Positions 1 to 9,205 of a stretch of DNA of 64,000 bases are shown piece by piece (the stretch's first letter is position 1; each line of letters opens with the position of its first letter). Below the pieces are notes generated by a model. It was not told the DNA's origin. It did not search any database and saw nothing but the letters and a program-made list of their open reading frames with translations. Both the position numbers and the translations under genes were made by a program. The stretch comes from a virus (Duplodnaviria > Heunggongvirae > Uroviricota > Caudoviricetes): positions 59,136-123,135 of IMG/VR virus record IMGVR_UViG_3300037455_000543; one strand, written 5' to 3'.

Positions 1-2
1 GT

Positions 3-83
3 CTAATTGAGGCTCATCATTTAATTAAACAGAAATTGAAGGATATTTGCGGATGTGATGTCCTTTTTGATACAGAATATTAA
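3..83 (+). CDS. 3' end of a truncated CDS
   Basis: Open frame LIEAHHLIKQKLKDICGCDVLFDTEY* from window edge, ends 10 nt before next ATG. Confidence 0.4.
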   Translation, partial: LIEAHHLIKQKLKDICGCDVLFDTEY

Positions 84-92
84 AGGTTAAAT

Positions 93-377
93 ATGCGACA
101 TGTATTAAAAACTTTTGATCCATTATGGGAAGCTAGACTTATAGAAGATATTGTCAAGCATAGTAAAGGCGATATAGAAATAAGAGAAGATGAAAATGAC
201 CATTCTCCTATTATATACAGTAAAAAAGCACAAAGAGGTATTCATCTGGAATCTATAGTTGAAGTATGGCCAGTTGATACCATTGCAGAAAATATAATAG
301 ACCTTTTTGAAAGTGCTATTAATGCTGAAAACTATTTAGCTGGTCTTAATCATGTGTTAGACGATTTAAAGGAATAA
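93..377 (+). CDS. hypothetical protein
   Basis: 94-aa ORF, AAAGG SD-like site, in tightly packed + run. Confidence 0.75.
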   Translation: MRHVLKTFDPLWEARLIEDIVKHSKGDIEIREDENDHSPIIYSKKAQRGIHLESIVEVWPVDTIAENIIDLFESAINAENYLAGLNHVLDDLKE

Positions 378-412
378 AAATCATTATAAAGGCTTAATTA
401 TAAGAGGAAAAT

Positions 413-523
413 ATGACTTGGAAAGAAGTATTTAAAGATGCAATGCCATGGCTATTAATTGGTGGCTCATTACCACTTTTATTAGTTTTTGGCGTAGTTG
501 GCATTTTACAGCTATTAAGTTAA
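413..523 (+). CDS. small membrane protein (36 aa)
   Basis: Manually translated MTWKEVFKDAMPWLLIGGSLPLLLVFGVVGILQLLS; GAGG SD; one TM segment. Confidence 0.6.
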   Translation: MTWKEVFKDAMPWLLIGGSLPLLLVFGVVGILQLLS

Positions 524-535
524 AAGATAATAATT

Positions 536-685
536 ATGAAAACAGAATATGAACGTGAGCAAGAAAAAGATATGGAAGAATATAAGAAAATGAATCCTAG
601 CGATCCATATTGTAATTTCTATGTTCCTGGCTGGCAAGACGGTTCCTATCAAATTGGTGACTGGATATTTTCGCATCATTCATAA
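536..685 (+). CDS. small hypothetical protein (49 aa)
   Basis: Manually translated MKTEYEREQEKDMEEYKKMNPSDPYCNFYVPGWQDGSYQIGDWIFSHHS; fills the gap. Confidence 0.55.
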   Translation: MKTEYEREQEKDMEEYKKMNPSDPYCNFYVPGWQDGSYQIGDWIFSHHS

Positions 686-698
686 TAGAGGTAATATA

Positions 699-1055
699 AT
701 GAAAGTTACAGAAGAAGAACTTTTAAATACAGCGAAGAATGCATGTAATCAGGGTTTTCCATATTTTAAACATGGAATTTCTAGCACACCGCCGCAGTCT
801 ATTGAACGAGATCTTGAAGCAGCAGAACGAATTCGTAAAGTTTTACCGGACTGCTTTAGTGAAGTGAAATGCGATACATCTGATAATATCTGTGGCAATT
901 TTACATTTAAATGTAATATTCCTAATGAAAATCTTCCGAGTAAAAGAATCGAAGCTTATGTATATGTTAACCGATATGATGTTGAAACACATTTTATCAG
1001 TGTGCCAGTAGCTGAAGAATTTTTTAAACAATACATGGATAAAAAAGATGCTTGA
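699..1055 (+). CDS. hypothetical protein
   Basis: ORF 621..1055, start moved to ATG 699 behind GAGG SD. Confidence 0.7.
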   Translation: MKVTEEELLNTAKNACNQGFPYFKHGISSTPPQSIERDLEAAERIRKVLPDCFSEVKCDTSDNICGNFTFKCNIPNENLPSKRIEAYVYVNRYDVETHFISVPVAEEFFKQYMDKKDA

Positions 1056-1146
1056 TCCTACGCACTTTGCATTAGGGATGGGAATAGTTATTGGTGTTCC
1101 TACTCTGATAATTTTAATTTTTTGGTTTATAATTATAAAAATGTGA
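1048..1146 (+). CDS. small membrane protein (32 aa)
   Basis: MLDPTHFALGMGIVIGVPTLIILIFWFIIIKM, hydrophobic, overlaps upstream stop. Confidence 0.55.
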   Translation: MLDPTHFALGMGIVIGVPTLIILIFWFIIIKM

Positions 1147-1413
1147 GTGATTAAAATGTTACTTGGTGTAAATTTATACGATTTATCTAAACAGCTAAAA
1201 ACAGAAAAACCAAAAGAATCATTAGATACAACAGAAAAGCAAATGGCATGGTTAAAAGAAACTGTTATTAGACACCTTACTGAAACGTATGGTGTAGTTG
1301 ATAATATTGAAAATCTTATTACTATAAAATCTAATGATTTCAAAGATGGTAAGGGTGAATATTCTATATCATTTCATGCATTTTGTAACGAATTAAATAA
1401 GAGGAATAAATGA
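1147..1413 (+). CDS. hypothetical protein
   Basis: 88-aa ORF in coupled run. Confidence 0.7.
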   Translation: MIKMLLGVNLYDLSKQLKTEKPKESLDTTEKQMAWLKETVIRHLTETYGVVDNIENLITIKSNDFKDGKGEYSISFHAFCNELNKRNK

Positions 1414-1628
1414 AGCAGTATTTTATAGTTGATAAAGAAACAAAGCACATGGTCGGAAATAGCGTCTATGGAAGTGCTAAAATTGCAGATAAAGATATTG
1501 AAAAAATGGAAGGTGGTTTTAAAAAGTATGAAGTCTATGCATTTGATATAACTAATCTTACTAAAGACCTTATCGTTTATGCAATGACCAATGATAATCC
1601 ATGTGTTTATAAGCAGAGGACTAGATAA
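1410..1628 (+). CDS. hypothetical protein
   Basis: ATGA overlap with upstream gene, GAGG SD. Confidence 0.75.
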   Translation: MKQYFIVDKETKHMVGNSVYGSAKIADKDIEKMEGGFKKYEVYAFDITNLTKDLIVYAMTNDNPCVYKQRTR

Positions 1629-1846
1629 TGGATAGACATTATAGTTATGAAGAAGTAAAAGGTTTAAAGCGTCTATATGAAGACGATATTGAAGCCGGTG
1701 AAAAGTATTGTATTCCACTCCCTAGATGGTATGGCGGAGATTGGAGTGAACAACGATTTGATATTTTAGTAGCTGATAAGCCTATTAAGAAAAGCGGTAT
1801 CAGATTTGGACCGTATTTTAAAGTTTATTCAACGGCAGAACAATGA
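1628..1846 (+). CDS. hypothetical protein
   Basis: TAATG overlap. Confidence 0.75.
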   Translation: MDRHYSYEEVKGLKRLYEDDIEAGEKYCIPLPRWYGGDWSEQRFDILVADKPIKKSGIRFGPYFKVYSTAEQ

Positions 1847-2274
1847 TAAAATACAATTTTATAGAATATGATCATCGTAAGCTAAATCCTGGTGGTTTAG
1901 TCAATATGGTGTATAAGGTATATCCGAGTGGCAAGAAATGGCCAGTCGGGTATTATAGAACTATCTTTGAAGCAGAGATTGAAATTAGATATCTCGAATC
2001 AGCAGAAAAAGAAAACTATCCGATAACATACGAAGTCGAACAGGTTTCTGATTATAAGCTTGATGCACATATTCATGATAGAGCTAAAGAAAAAAGAGAC
2101 GAATTCGAAAAATATAGGCAATATCATCTTGCTGAAGAAAGACGCAAACAAGAACGAGAAAGAAGCTATATGAAATGGCGAAATGAAGTCTTGAAACCTT
2201 GGCTAGAAAAGAATCCAGGAAAAACAGAACATGATATGCCATTAACCTTGAGATTATTTCCGAGCTTATTTTAA
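1843..2274 (+). CDS. hypothetical protein
   Basis: ATGA overlap; charged coiled-coil C-half. Confidence 0.75.
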   Translation: MIKYNFIEYDHRKLNPGGLVNMVYKVYPSGKKWPVGYYRTIFEAEIEIRYLESAEKENYPITYEVEQVSDYKLDAHIHDRAKEKRDEFEKYRQYHLAEERRKQERERSYMKWRNEVLKPWLEKNPGKTEHDMPLTLRLFPSLF

Positions 2275-2276
2275 TT

Positions 2277-2483
2277 ATGATAGATAATGAATTGACAGAA
2301 AGAGTAGCATCTAAAATTCTACAAGCTAGATATGACATGTATATCTGGGCTTGGGTTAAAGGCGATGAATGGCTTAAAGCTCAAAATGAAAAATTGAAAG
2401 CAGAAAATAAACCAGAAATGTATGGCACTGTTGAAGAATATTATAACTATTATTTAAAATATTGGTGTACAGGACACGCATAG
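2277..2483 (+). CDS. hypothetical protein
   Basis: 68-aa ORF in coupled run. Confidence 0.7.
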   Translation: MIDNELTERVASKILQARYDMYIWAWVKGDEWLKAQNEKLKAENKPEMYGTVEEYYNYYLKYWCTGHA

Positions 2484-2484
2484 T

Positions 2485-2706
2485 ATGAAAATATCAGAAC
2501 TTATTGAGTTCTTAAATGAACAAAAAGAACAATATGGCGATATCGAAGTTTGGCATCATGATTATATTGATGATGACCAAGGTTTTATAAAATGTCCGCT
2601 CAATAAGGATATTTTTTATGTAGATAAAGATTTTTATCTGGCTGAAGACGGTTGTCATTATGATATAGCCGGTGGCAAAAAAGATATGTTAATAATTGAT
2701 TATTAA
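2485..2706 (+). CDS. small protein, KISELIxxL..YGDIxV family
   Basis: N-terminus MKISELIEFLNEQKEQYGDIEV resembles ORF 3283. Confidence 0.75.
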   Translation: MKISELIEFLNEQKEQYGDIEVWHHDYIDDDQGFIKCPLNKDIFYVDKDFYLAEDGCHYDIAGGKKDMLIIDY

Positions 2707-2720
2707 AATAAGGAATTAAT

Positions 2721-3200
2721 ATGGAATGGATTAAAGTAGAAGATAAATTACCTGAAAAAGGTCAATATGTTCTCGTTACATTTAAAAACGGTTTCGACAA
2801 TAAACCAAGTTATGGACTTGAAATTGCTGAATATTATGGTAATAATTCATGGGCATTAACTGACGGTGAATACGATGTTGCCGGACCTGTTATTGCATGG
2901 CAAGAATTACCAAAACCTTATATTGAACCTGGATTTAAGGATGCTAAGTTTAATACAATAGACAATCATTATTATCAAATGATAGTAGACGAAGAAGATA
3001 ATTGGCCAGAAGATTATTACATGGTTCAATATACTGGTATAGACGATGACAATAAAACATTTATACATAGAGATTATTATAGGACTGAAAAATTAGCATT
3101 AAATAGAGTAAGTGAACTTTATGATAATTGTAAAATTAAATATATTGCAGCTTATGCCTATGGCGGTAAAGAAATAAAAAGAATATCAAAACCGCAATAA
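2721..3200 (+). CDS. DUF551-like phage protein
   Basis: MEWIKVEDKLPE...VLV...VIAWQELPKPY, typical DUF551-type domain. Confidence 0.7.
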   Translation: MEWIKVEDKLPEKGQYVLVTFKNGFDNKPSYGLEIAEYYGNNSWALTDGEYDVAGPVIAWQELPKPYIEPGFKDAKFNTIDNHYYQMIVDEEDNWPEDYYMVQYTGIDDDNKTFIHRDYYRTEKLALNRVSELYDNCKIKYIAAYAYGGKEIKRISKPQ

Positions 3201-3282
3201 CAAATATTTAGAAAAATTTACGAATCTGGTTCGCCTTAACCAGATTTTTCTATATTTAATATACAAGTTAAGAGGAAATTCA

Positions 3283-3573
3283 ATGGCAAATATTGAAAAA
3301 GATTATAAGATGTATTTGAAAATCAGTGAATTGATTAAGGCACTGAATAAAGTCAAAAAAGAATATGGCGATATTCCAGTTGGCCATATCGATGGCGGAC
3401 TTGAGGTATATTGGAGTCCTAGAAAAATCAAAGAATGGGGCTCAGAAAAAGCTTTTAAAGATGTAGTTCGTGCAAGTAATATCCGTTACTGGGAAAAAGG
3501 TTCTCTTATGGTCGCAATTATAGATTTTCCAGGTTGGGGTTGGAAACCACTTAGTTGTAAGGATGATGACTAA
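3283..3573 (+). CDS. small protein, KISELIxxL..YGDIxV family
   Basis: LKISELIKALNKVKKEYGDIPV; GAGG SD. Confidence 0.75.
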   Translation: MANIEKDYKMYLKISELIKALNKVKKEYGDIPVGHIDGGLEVYWSPRKIKEWGSEKAFKDVVRASNIRYWEKGSLMVAIIDFPGWGWKPLSCKDDD

Positions 3574-3630
3574 TCATGAAAAGAACCGACATTTAAAATG
3601 AGAAAATTTTTCTAATGAAGTAGGAAATAA

Positions 3631-3873
3631 ATGACTCAAGAAGACTTTATGAAACTGTGTCGGGTATATCTTCCGAACTGTCATTTTAAGGACAAAGATA
3701 CTTGTGGTCTTTGTTGTTATAATAATGGCGATGATATTCATAATATCATAGTGGCATTATTACCGGATGGCAGGTTCGCGGTCTATGACAAGTGGCGGGA
3801 TATTACAGAAACATATGATATCGATTATGTGAAAGACTGGCTTGAACATTGTAGTTACAGGTATAAGAAATGA
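3631..3873 (+). CDS. hypothetical Cys-rich protein
   Basis: 80-aa ORF, AGGA SD. Confidence 0.75.
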   Translation: MTQEDFMKLCRVYLPNCHFKDKDTCGLCCYNNGDDIHNIIVALLPDGRFAVYDKWRDITETYDIDYVKDWLEHCSYRYKK

Positions 3874-4040
3874 CCATTAAAGAATTAACAGACGAATTAA
3901 AAAAATATCCTGAAGAAATGATGATTTTAGGCACAGATTCATTACATTGGGTTGATCCTAAAACATTTGAAACATTTTATATTTTGTATAATAGACCAAT
4001 TTTACCGTTTAATATATTAGAGAGTAATTATGACTACTGA
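3870..4040 (+). CDS. small protein, MT(V/I)xELIxxL family (56 aa)
   Basis: Manually translated MTIKELTDELKKYPEEMMI...; ATGA overlap. Confidence 0.65.
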   Translation: MTIKELTDELKKYPEEMMILGTDSLHWVDPKTFETFYILYNRPILPFNILESNYDY

Positions 4041-4515
4041 AGAAGCAGAAATTTCACGCAACAGAGCAAACGAAATCGAAAAATGGCTTAAAGAAGAATA
4101 TCCGAATATTCATGTAGAACACTTACGTGATTGTGGCACAAAGCTATTCTATTTTAAAGATCCGACCAGCGAATATAGATGTATCGGCATGATTCAGATT
4201 CCGATTAGCGTAATACATGAAGAAGTTAACCCGCAGAATGGCCATATACATTGCACATTCGCATATAAGAAAGTAATTTTTAATGCCATCGATGTAGAAT
4301 ATGACATGGAAATCTTCTGGAAGATTTTTGAGCATAATAAGCAGGTTATTAAAGATTATATCGAAAAGTCTTTAAAGGAACAGCTTGTTGGTATCATTAA
4401 ACCGCAGCACCCGGCATATACGATGGATGATGCCATAAATGACATAACAAAAGAACTACAAGACGAAATCGACAGAGAAACAATTAAAAAGATAATTGAA
4501 AAATTAAAAAAATGA
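4030..4515 (+). CDS. hypothetical protein
   Basis: 161-aa ORF. Confidence 0.75.
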   Translation: MTTEEAEISRNRANEIEKWLKEEYPNIHVEHLRDCGTKLFYFKDPTSEYRCIGMIQIPISVIHEEVNPQNGHIHCTFAYKKVIFNAIDVEYDMEIFWKIFEHNKQVIKDYIEKSLKEQLVGIIKPQHPAYTMDDAINDITKELQDEIDRETIKKIIEKLKK

Positions 4516-4673
4516 CAGTAGCACAACTCATTGAAAAACTTAAAGAAATGCCACAAGATATGGAAGTCTATGATTGGAATTACTATCCGGTTGAAGATCC
4601 AATTGTAAAAACCCTAGAATTATGGGCTACTGGTCCAAATGTTGAAGAAAAGACGGTAGTATTTTTTCCGTAG
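4512..4673 (+). CDS. small protein, MT(V/I)xELIxxL family (53 aa)
   Basis: Manually translated MTVAQLIEKLKEMPQDMEV...; ATGA overlap. Confidence 0.7.
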   Translation: MTVAQLIEKLKEMPQDMEVYDWNYYPVEDPIVKTLELWATGPNVEEKTVVFFP

Positions 4674-4676
4674 GAG

Positions 4677-4883
4677 ATGCATAGAAATATGACAGAAGAA
4701 GAGATGAAAAAGTATTCGTATGAAGAACTTTTAAACATGTATTTGCAATTAAAAGAAGAAATGGAAAAAAGAGGACTATATGAGGAGTATTTAGAAGAAA
4801 AAGGCGCCGGTGCAATAGAATTAGACAAAGCAATAAAAAAGTCTTTCGAAAATCTTTATATACCAATGGCCGAAAAGAAATAG
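4677..4883 (+). CDS. hypothetical protein
   Basis: 68-aa acidic helical ORF. Confidence 0.65.
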   Translation: MHRNMTEEEMKKYSYEELLNMYLQLKEEMEKRGLYEEYLEEKGAGAIELDKAIKKSFENLYIPMAEKK

Positions 4884-4910
4884 TATACTATGATATAATG
4901 GAGAATAAAT

Positions 4911-5060
4911 ATGACAGTTGAAGAACTTATAAAAGAATTAGAAAAATTCCCTAAGGATTTACCTGTTATCGATTTTGAACATGACTATATTACAGAAGTT
5001 AATTTAGCTTTAAAATATGACGAGGACAATGATTCTATAGAGGTAGTAAAGGTTTGGTAA
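4911..5060 (+). CDS. small protein, MT(V/I)xELIxxL family (49 aa)
   Basis: Manually translated MTVEELIKELEKFPKDLPV...; GGAG SD. Confidence 0.7.
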   Translation: MTVEELIKELEKFPKDLPVIDFEHDYITEVNLALKYDEDNDSIEVVKVW

Positions 5061-5061
5061 T

Positions 5062-5235
5062 ATGACAGTAAAAGAATTAAATAAAAAATTAGAAAAATAT
5101 ATTGATAAAGGTTTTGGCAATGCCGAATTAAAAACATCTGATCAAGGCGGAAATGACGGTGAAGTCTTAGGTGTTTATGATTATGATGATCCAAATGAAA
5201 ATGATGGCAAGGTTGTAGTTATTGAGATTGCATAA
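5062..5235 (+). CDS. small protein, MT(V/I)xELIxxL family (57 aa)
   Basis: Manually translated MTVKELNKKLEKYIDKGFGNAEL... Confidence 0.65.
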   Translation: MTVKELNKKLEKYIDKGFGNAELKTSDQGGNDGEVLGVYDYDDPNENDGKVVVIEIA

Positions 5236-5396
5236 TAAAAATATATAATGCATATTATTATGAAGTCAACTATTGATTCTGATTTTGGATTGATGCTTAA
5301 TTCTGGGCCTGATCATGGACCTCGTAGATTATCTTTAACATGTGCAGATTTGCAAGAAAATATTCAAGTATATATTCCAACTAAGGAAGAACTTAA

Positions 5397-5404
5397 TATA
5401 AATA
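5397..5404 (+). promoter_or_regulatory. T4-type late promoter TATAAATA (glycan operon 1)
   Basis: Exact TATAAATA 21 nt before ATG 5426. Confidence 0.65.
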
Positions 5405-5425
5405 AAAAGAATTGGTGAGATTATA

Positions 5426-6190
5426 ATGGATAATGTAAAAATTTATGTTTGTTGTCATAAAGATTATGATAATGTTGGTATTGATAATCCATGCTATAAA
5501 TTAATTACTAAAAATAATATAAAAAATAATTCAAAATTAAATATAATAAAAATAGATAAAAGCTTAGACGATAGAATGTGGTCTGAACTTTCTGCTATTT
5601 ATTATATTTGGAAGCACCAAGAATTATATGCTGATTGGATTGGTTTTAATCATTATAGACGTTATTTTGATTTTATGAATGTTGTTCCGCAACAATTTAC
5701 TAAACCAATTATACCTGAACATAGCACATTATTTTTTAATAATTATGCCATGTATGATGTTTGTCATAATAGTGCAGATTTACGTAAAGTATTAAACATT
5801 GTTGCAACAAAATATCAGAAATATTATAATGGCTTTATGTCAATGCTCGATAGCCATATATTATATTCTTATAATATGTTTGTATTACCGCTTAATATTT
5901 TTAAAGAATATTGTGAATTTATTTTTGGCGTTCTTGGCGAATTTGATAAAGAATTAAATATCAATAATGATTATGTATCTATGTTAAAACATATAGCAAA
6001 TCATAGAGAAGCTTATGTTGAACGTGATAATTATCCAAATAATACTTATGAATATCAAGCTAGAGTATTTGGATTTTTGGCCGAACGTTTAACTACTGCG
6101 TTTTTTATGAATTATATGATAAATTTTGGACAAAATGCTGTAGAAGAACGCAAAATTATTATAACAGAAAAAACTTATAATGTGATGTAA
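5426..6190 (+). CDS. DUF4422 glycosyltransferase (galactofuranosyltransferase-like)
   Basis: IYVCCHK, SELSAIYYIWK, IGFNHYRRYF, YNMFV, RVFGFLAERL motifs. Confidence 0.85.
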   Translation: MDNVKIYVCCHKDYDNVGIDNPCYKLITKNNIKNNSKLNIIKIDKSLDDRMWSELSAIYYIWKHQELYADWIGFNHYRRYFDFMNVVPQQFTKPIIPEHSTLFFNNYAMYDVCHNSADLRKVLNIVATKYQKYYNGFMSMLDSHILYSYNMFVLPLNIFKEYCEFIFGVLGEFDKELNINNDYVSMLKHIANHREAYVERDNYPNNTYEYQARVFGFLAERLTTAFFMNYMINFGQNAVEERKIIITEKTYNVM

Positions 6191-6191
6191 T

Positions 6192-6917
6192 ATGTACGAT
6201 ATTGTTTTATCATTCACTTCTTGGAAAGGTCGAATTTATGATGAATCTTTGATTACAGTATTGAATTCGATGCTTAATCAAACCACAACAAGAAACTATA
6301 AAGTTGTATTGGTATTGTCGACTGATGAATTTACAAATAAAGAAAAAGATTTACCTGCAAATTTGCTTAAAATAGCAGAAACTAATGATATATTTGAAAT
6401 TTTATGGACTAAAGAAAATACTAAAGCTTATAAAAAGTATTTTCCAACTCGCAGAAAATACCCAAATGAAAATATTTGTATATTAGATGATGATTCTGAA
6501 TTACATTCTGATTTTGTTAATGTAATGTGCACAATGCTTGATAAAAATCCTGGTAAAATGCTTATTGGCACGAATCATTTTTATCAAAATCAAAACACGA
6601 ATATTGTTCATGTACGATATGGCGCAGCTTGCTATCGACCTGATTCTTTGTATGATTTAGATGAGCATTTCGGAATGAAATACTTTAAAGATCATGATGA
6701 TGAATTATATCTATTGGCATCTGTTTTAAATGGAACACATTCAGTATGTTTTGATTGCCATGCATTAATAGATGTCGATAAATATCAGCAAGATAAAAGA
6801 CTAATGAATGTTGGCAATTTAGAATATGCACATATTGGTAGAATGTGGCTTGATTGTTTAGTCGATAATCCTGAATTGGCAATAATATATAATAAAAATA
6901 AAAATATTAAGAATTAA
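6192..6917 (+). CDS. GT-A fold glycosyltransferase-like protein
   Basis: SFTSWKGRI, AYKKYFP, ICILDDD (DxD) motifs. Confidence 0.7.
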   Translation: MYDIVLSFTSWKGRIYDESLITVLNSMLNQTTTRNYKVVLVLSTDEFTNKEKDLPANLLKIAETNDIFEILWTKENTKAYKKYFPTRRKYPNENICILDDDSELHSDFVNVMCTMLDKNPGKMLIGTNHFYQNQNTNIVHVRYGAACYRPDSLYDLDEHFGMKYFKDHDDELYLLASVLNGTHSVCFDCHALIDVDKYQQDKRLMNVGNLEYAHIGRMWLDCLVDNPELAIIYNKNKNIKN

Positions 6918-6919
6918 TT

Positions 6920-7582
6920 ATGAAAATTTATATAGTTGGAAGTTCAAAGAATATATTTCCACCAGAAGATAACATTCGTAAAAGGTTCTATGTTGATGAA
7001 ACACATGAAGGAGATAACATTGATAAGTTAAATCCTTGGTATTGCGAATTGACTGGTATGTATTATATGTGGAAGCACGAAAAAGAAGATATAGTAGGTC
7101 TTGAACATTATCGTAGAAATTTTATAGGTAAAAATGGTTTACTTAATGAAGATGAAATTAAAGAAATTCTAAAAGACAATGATGTAATTCTTTATCGCAT
7201 GGGTCTTAAACAAAATGCTATGCAGCACATGAATGGCGCAGGAAAAGGAACAGAACTTGCTTTAGGCCTTGCTAATCTTTATGCTAATTATGGTAAAGAT
7301 ATGGCAGATTATTTTTATAAGAATTTTATAGGTGACCATGTTTATTTAGGTAATATGTTTATATGTAAAAAAGAAATAGCTGATAAATTCTTTGATTTTA
7401 TATTTAATGGTATTCTTAAAGATTTTGATAAAATACATCAATTTAAGACTCCACGGATTGACGGATATATTTGCGAATACTTTATGGAACCTTGGTTTAG
7501 ATACAATGGATATAAAATATATAATTGTGAACGCCAAGTAATGGATAAAACATACACAAGAAGACTTCCTAATTGGGCATAA
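6920..7582 (+). CDS. DUF4422 glycosyltransferase (second paralog)
   Basis: NPWYCELTGMYYMWK, VGLEHYRR, GNMFICKK, RIDGYICE. Confidence 0.85.
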   Translation: MKIYIVGSSKNIFPPEDNIRKRFYVDETHEGDNIDKLNPWYCELTGMYYMWKHEKEDIVGLEHYRRNFIGKNGLLNEDEIKEILKDNDVILYRMGLKQNAMQHMNGAGKGTELALGLANLYANYGKDMADYFYKNFIGDHVYLGNMFICKKEIADKFFDFIFNGILKDFDKIHQFKTPRIDGYICEYFMEPWFRYNGYKIYNCERQVMDKTYTRRLPNWA

Positions 7583-8671
7583 ATGAAAACACATTATGAT
7601 ATAATTTTAGTTGGGACTGGACTTTTTAATGCTGTCCTTGCATATCGTTTAACAAGACTTGGAAAATCTGTCCTTGCAATTGAAAAAAGAAATCATATAG
7701 CTGGTAACTGCTATACTTATGAAAAAGACAATATTGATGTTCATCAATATGGAGCACACATTTTCCATACCTCTAATGAAGAAGTATGGAAGTTTGTAAA
7801 TCAGTTTGGTGAATTTAATAGCTTCGTCAATAGCCCGATTGCTAATTATAAGGATGAGATATACAACCTTCCATTTAATATGAATACATTTAATAGGTTG
7901 TATGGTGTTATCACTCCAGAACAAGCAAAGAATGCGATTATGAAGGAAACGCGGGACTGCTTTACTGATAATCCTAAGAATCTTGAAGAACAGGCTATTA
8001 ACTTGGTCGGAAAGAAGATGTATGTGAAGCTCATTAAAGGCTATACAGAAAAACAATGGGGAAGAAAATGCACAGAACTTCCGCCTGAGATTATCAAGCG
8101 TCTTCCTTTGAGATTTACGTACGACAATAATTATTTTAATGATAAGTATCAAGGCATTCCAGTTGAAGGCTATACAAAGCTTATCGAAAAGATGTTTGAC
8201 GGATGTGATATTCTTTTGGAAACCGATTTCCTCAAAGATAAGGAAAAATGGGAATCCATGTCTGATAAGATTTATTATTCTGGTTGTATTGATGAATACT
8301 ATGGATATTGCTATGGACCGCTTGAATATCGTTCTGTTCGATTTGAAACAGTTGAATATGACAAGGAAAACTATCAAGGTAATGCTGTTATAAACTATAC
8401 TTCTGACGAAGAACCTTTCACAAGAATTATTGAACACAAGTGGTTCAATAATAAAGGTAGTGATAAGACTATTGTTAGTCGAGAATATAGTTCTGAATGG
8501 AAGAAAGGTGAAGTTCCATATTATCCCGTAAATAATGAAAAAAATAATGCCTTATATCAAAAATATAAGAATATTAAAAACGATAAGACAATTATGGTTT
8601 CTCGCCTAGGCACATACCGTTATTTAGACATGGGTGACTGTATTGGAGAAGCATTAAATATAGAATTATAA
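7583..8671 (+). CDS. glf: UDP-galactopyranose mutase
   Basis: GTGLFNAV FAD loop, GNCY, HQYGAHIFHT, GYTEKQWG, YQGIP, LEYRS, RLGTYRYLDM. Confidence 0.97.
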   Translation: MKTHYDIILVGTGLFNAVLAYRLTRLGKSVLAIEKRNHIAGNCYTYEKDNIDVHQYGAHIFHTSNEEVWKFVNQFGEFNSFVNSPIANYKDEIYNLPFNMNTFNRLYGVITPEQAKNAIMKETRDCFTDNPKNLEEQAINLVGKKMYVKLIKGYTEKQWGRKCTELPPEIIKRLPLRFTYDNNYFNDKYQGIPVEGYTKLIEKMFDGCDILLETDFLKDKEKWESMSDKIYYSGCIDEYYGYCYGPLEYRSVRFETVEYDKENYQGNAVINYTSDEEPFTRIIEHKWFNNKGSDKTIVSREYSSEWKKGEVPYYPVNNEKNNALYQKYKNIKNDKTIMVSRLGTYRYLDMGDCIGEALNIEL

Positions 8672-8691
8672 AAATATTAAAAAATAAAGAG

Positions 8692-8720
8692 TTTACAGCG
8701 AGACAAAAATTTACTATATT
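8692..8720 (+). promoter_or_regulatory. sigma70-like early promoter
   Basis: TTTACA-17 bp-TATATT. Confidence 0.7.
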
Positions 8721-8762
8721 TTAATTGCGATGGGTGTCCGTCATAATATAAAGGAAAATTAA

Positions 8763-9173
8763 ATGGATCCGACAACATTAACAATTATTGCTATTATCTG
8801 CCCGATTTTAACAGGTATAGGTGGTGTATTTTTAGGTCATTATTTAGCGAGCAAACGAATAGATATAGAAATACAGAAACTTATAAAAAAAGACATTCAA
8901 ACAGAAAAACGGCATAAAGAAGAAAAATTTGAAAATGCTATACAATATTGGGGAATTTTAGGAAATTTCTCGGTTACTTCCAAAGATAAAAATGATAAAA
9001 AAGAATGGTCAATTTATGAAAAGTTTTATCTTATGGAATGTAAAGAACGAAAAGATTTATACCAATGGTTAAAGACTAATCAAATAATGGAAGTTTCTGA
9101 TTTTATCTATTGGCTTGACAAAAAAATCCCTCAATGGCAAGTCACTAGATTTTTAGAACCAATTAAACGATAA
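8763..9173 (+). CDS. membrane-anchored hypothetical protein
   Basis: N-terminal TM helix; own early promoter inside glycan cluster. Confidence 0.7.
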   Translation: MDPTTLTIIAIICPILTGIGGVFLGHYLASKRIDIEIQKLIKKDIQTEKRHKEEKFENAIQYWGILGNFSVTSKDKNDKKEWSIYEKFYLMECKERKDLYQWLKTNQIMEVSDFIYWLDKKIPQWQVTRFLEPIKR

Positions 9174-9205
9174 TAAAAAGGTTAGCAAAATGCTAACCTT
9201 CTTTT
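9174..9205. terminator. bidirectional intrinsic terminator
   Basis: AAGGTTAGCA-aaa-TGCTAACCTT flanked by A and T runs between convergent genes. Confidence 0.75.

Noticed and set aside
3217-3256. Canonical early promoters at 3217 and 63353
   Set aside because: A TATATT box and a hairpin are present, but the TTTAC(A/G) hexamers lie 28 and 21 bp away, not 17, so they were not called.
5260-5418. 52-aa ORF upstream of the glycan operon
   Set aside because: No clear SD and it contains the late promoter; too weak to call.
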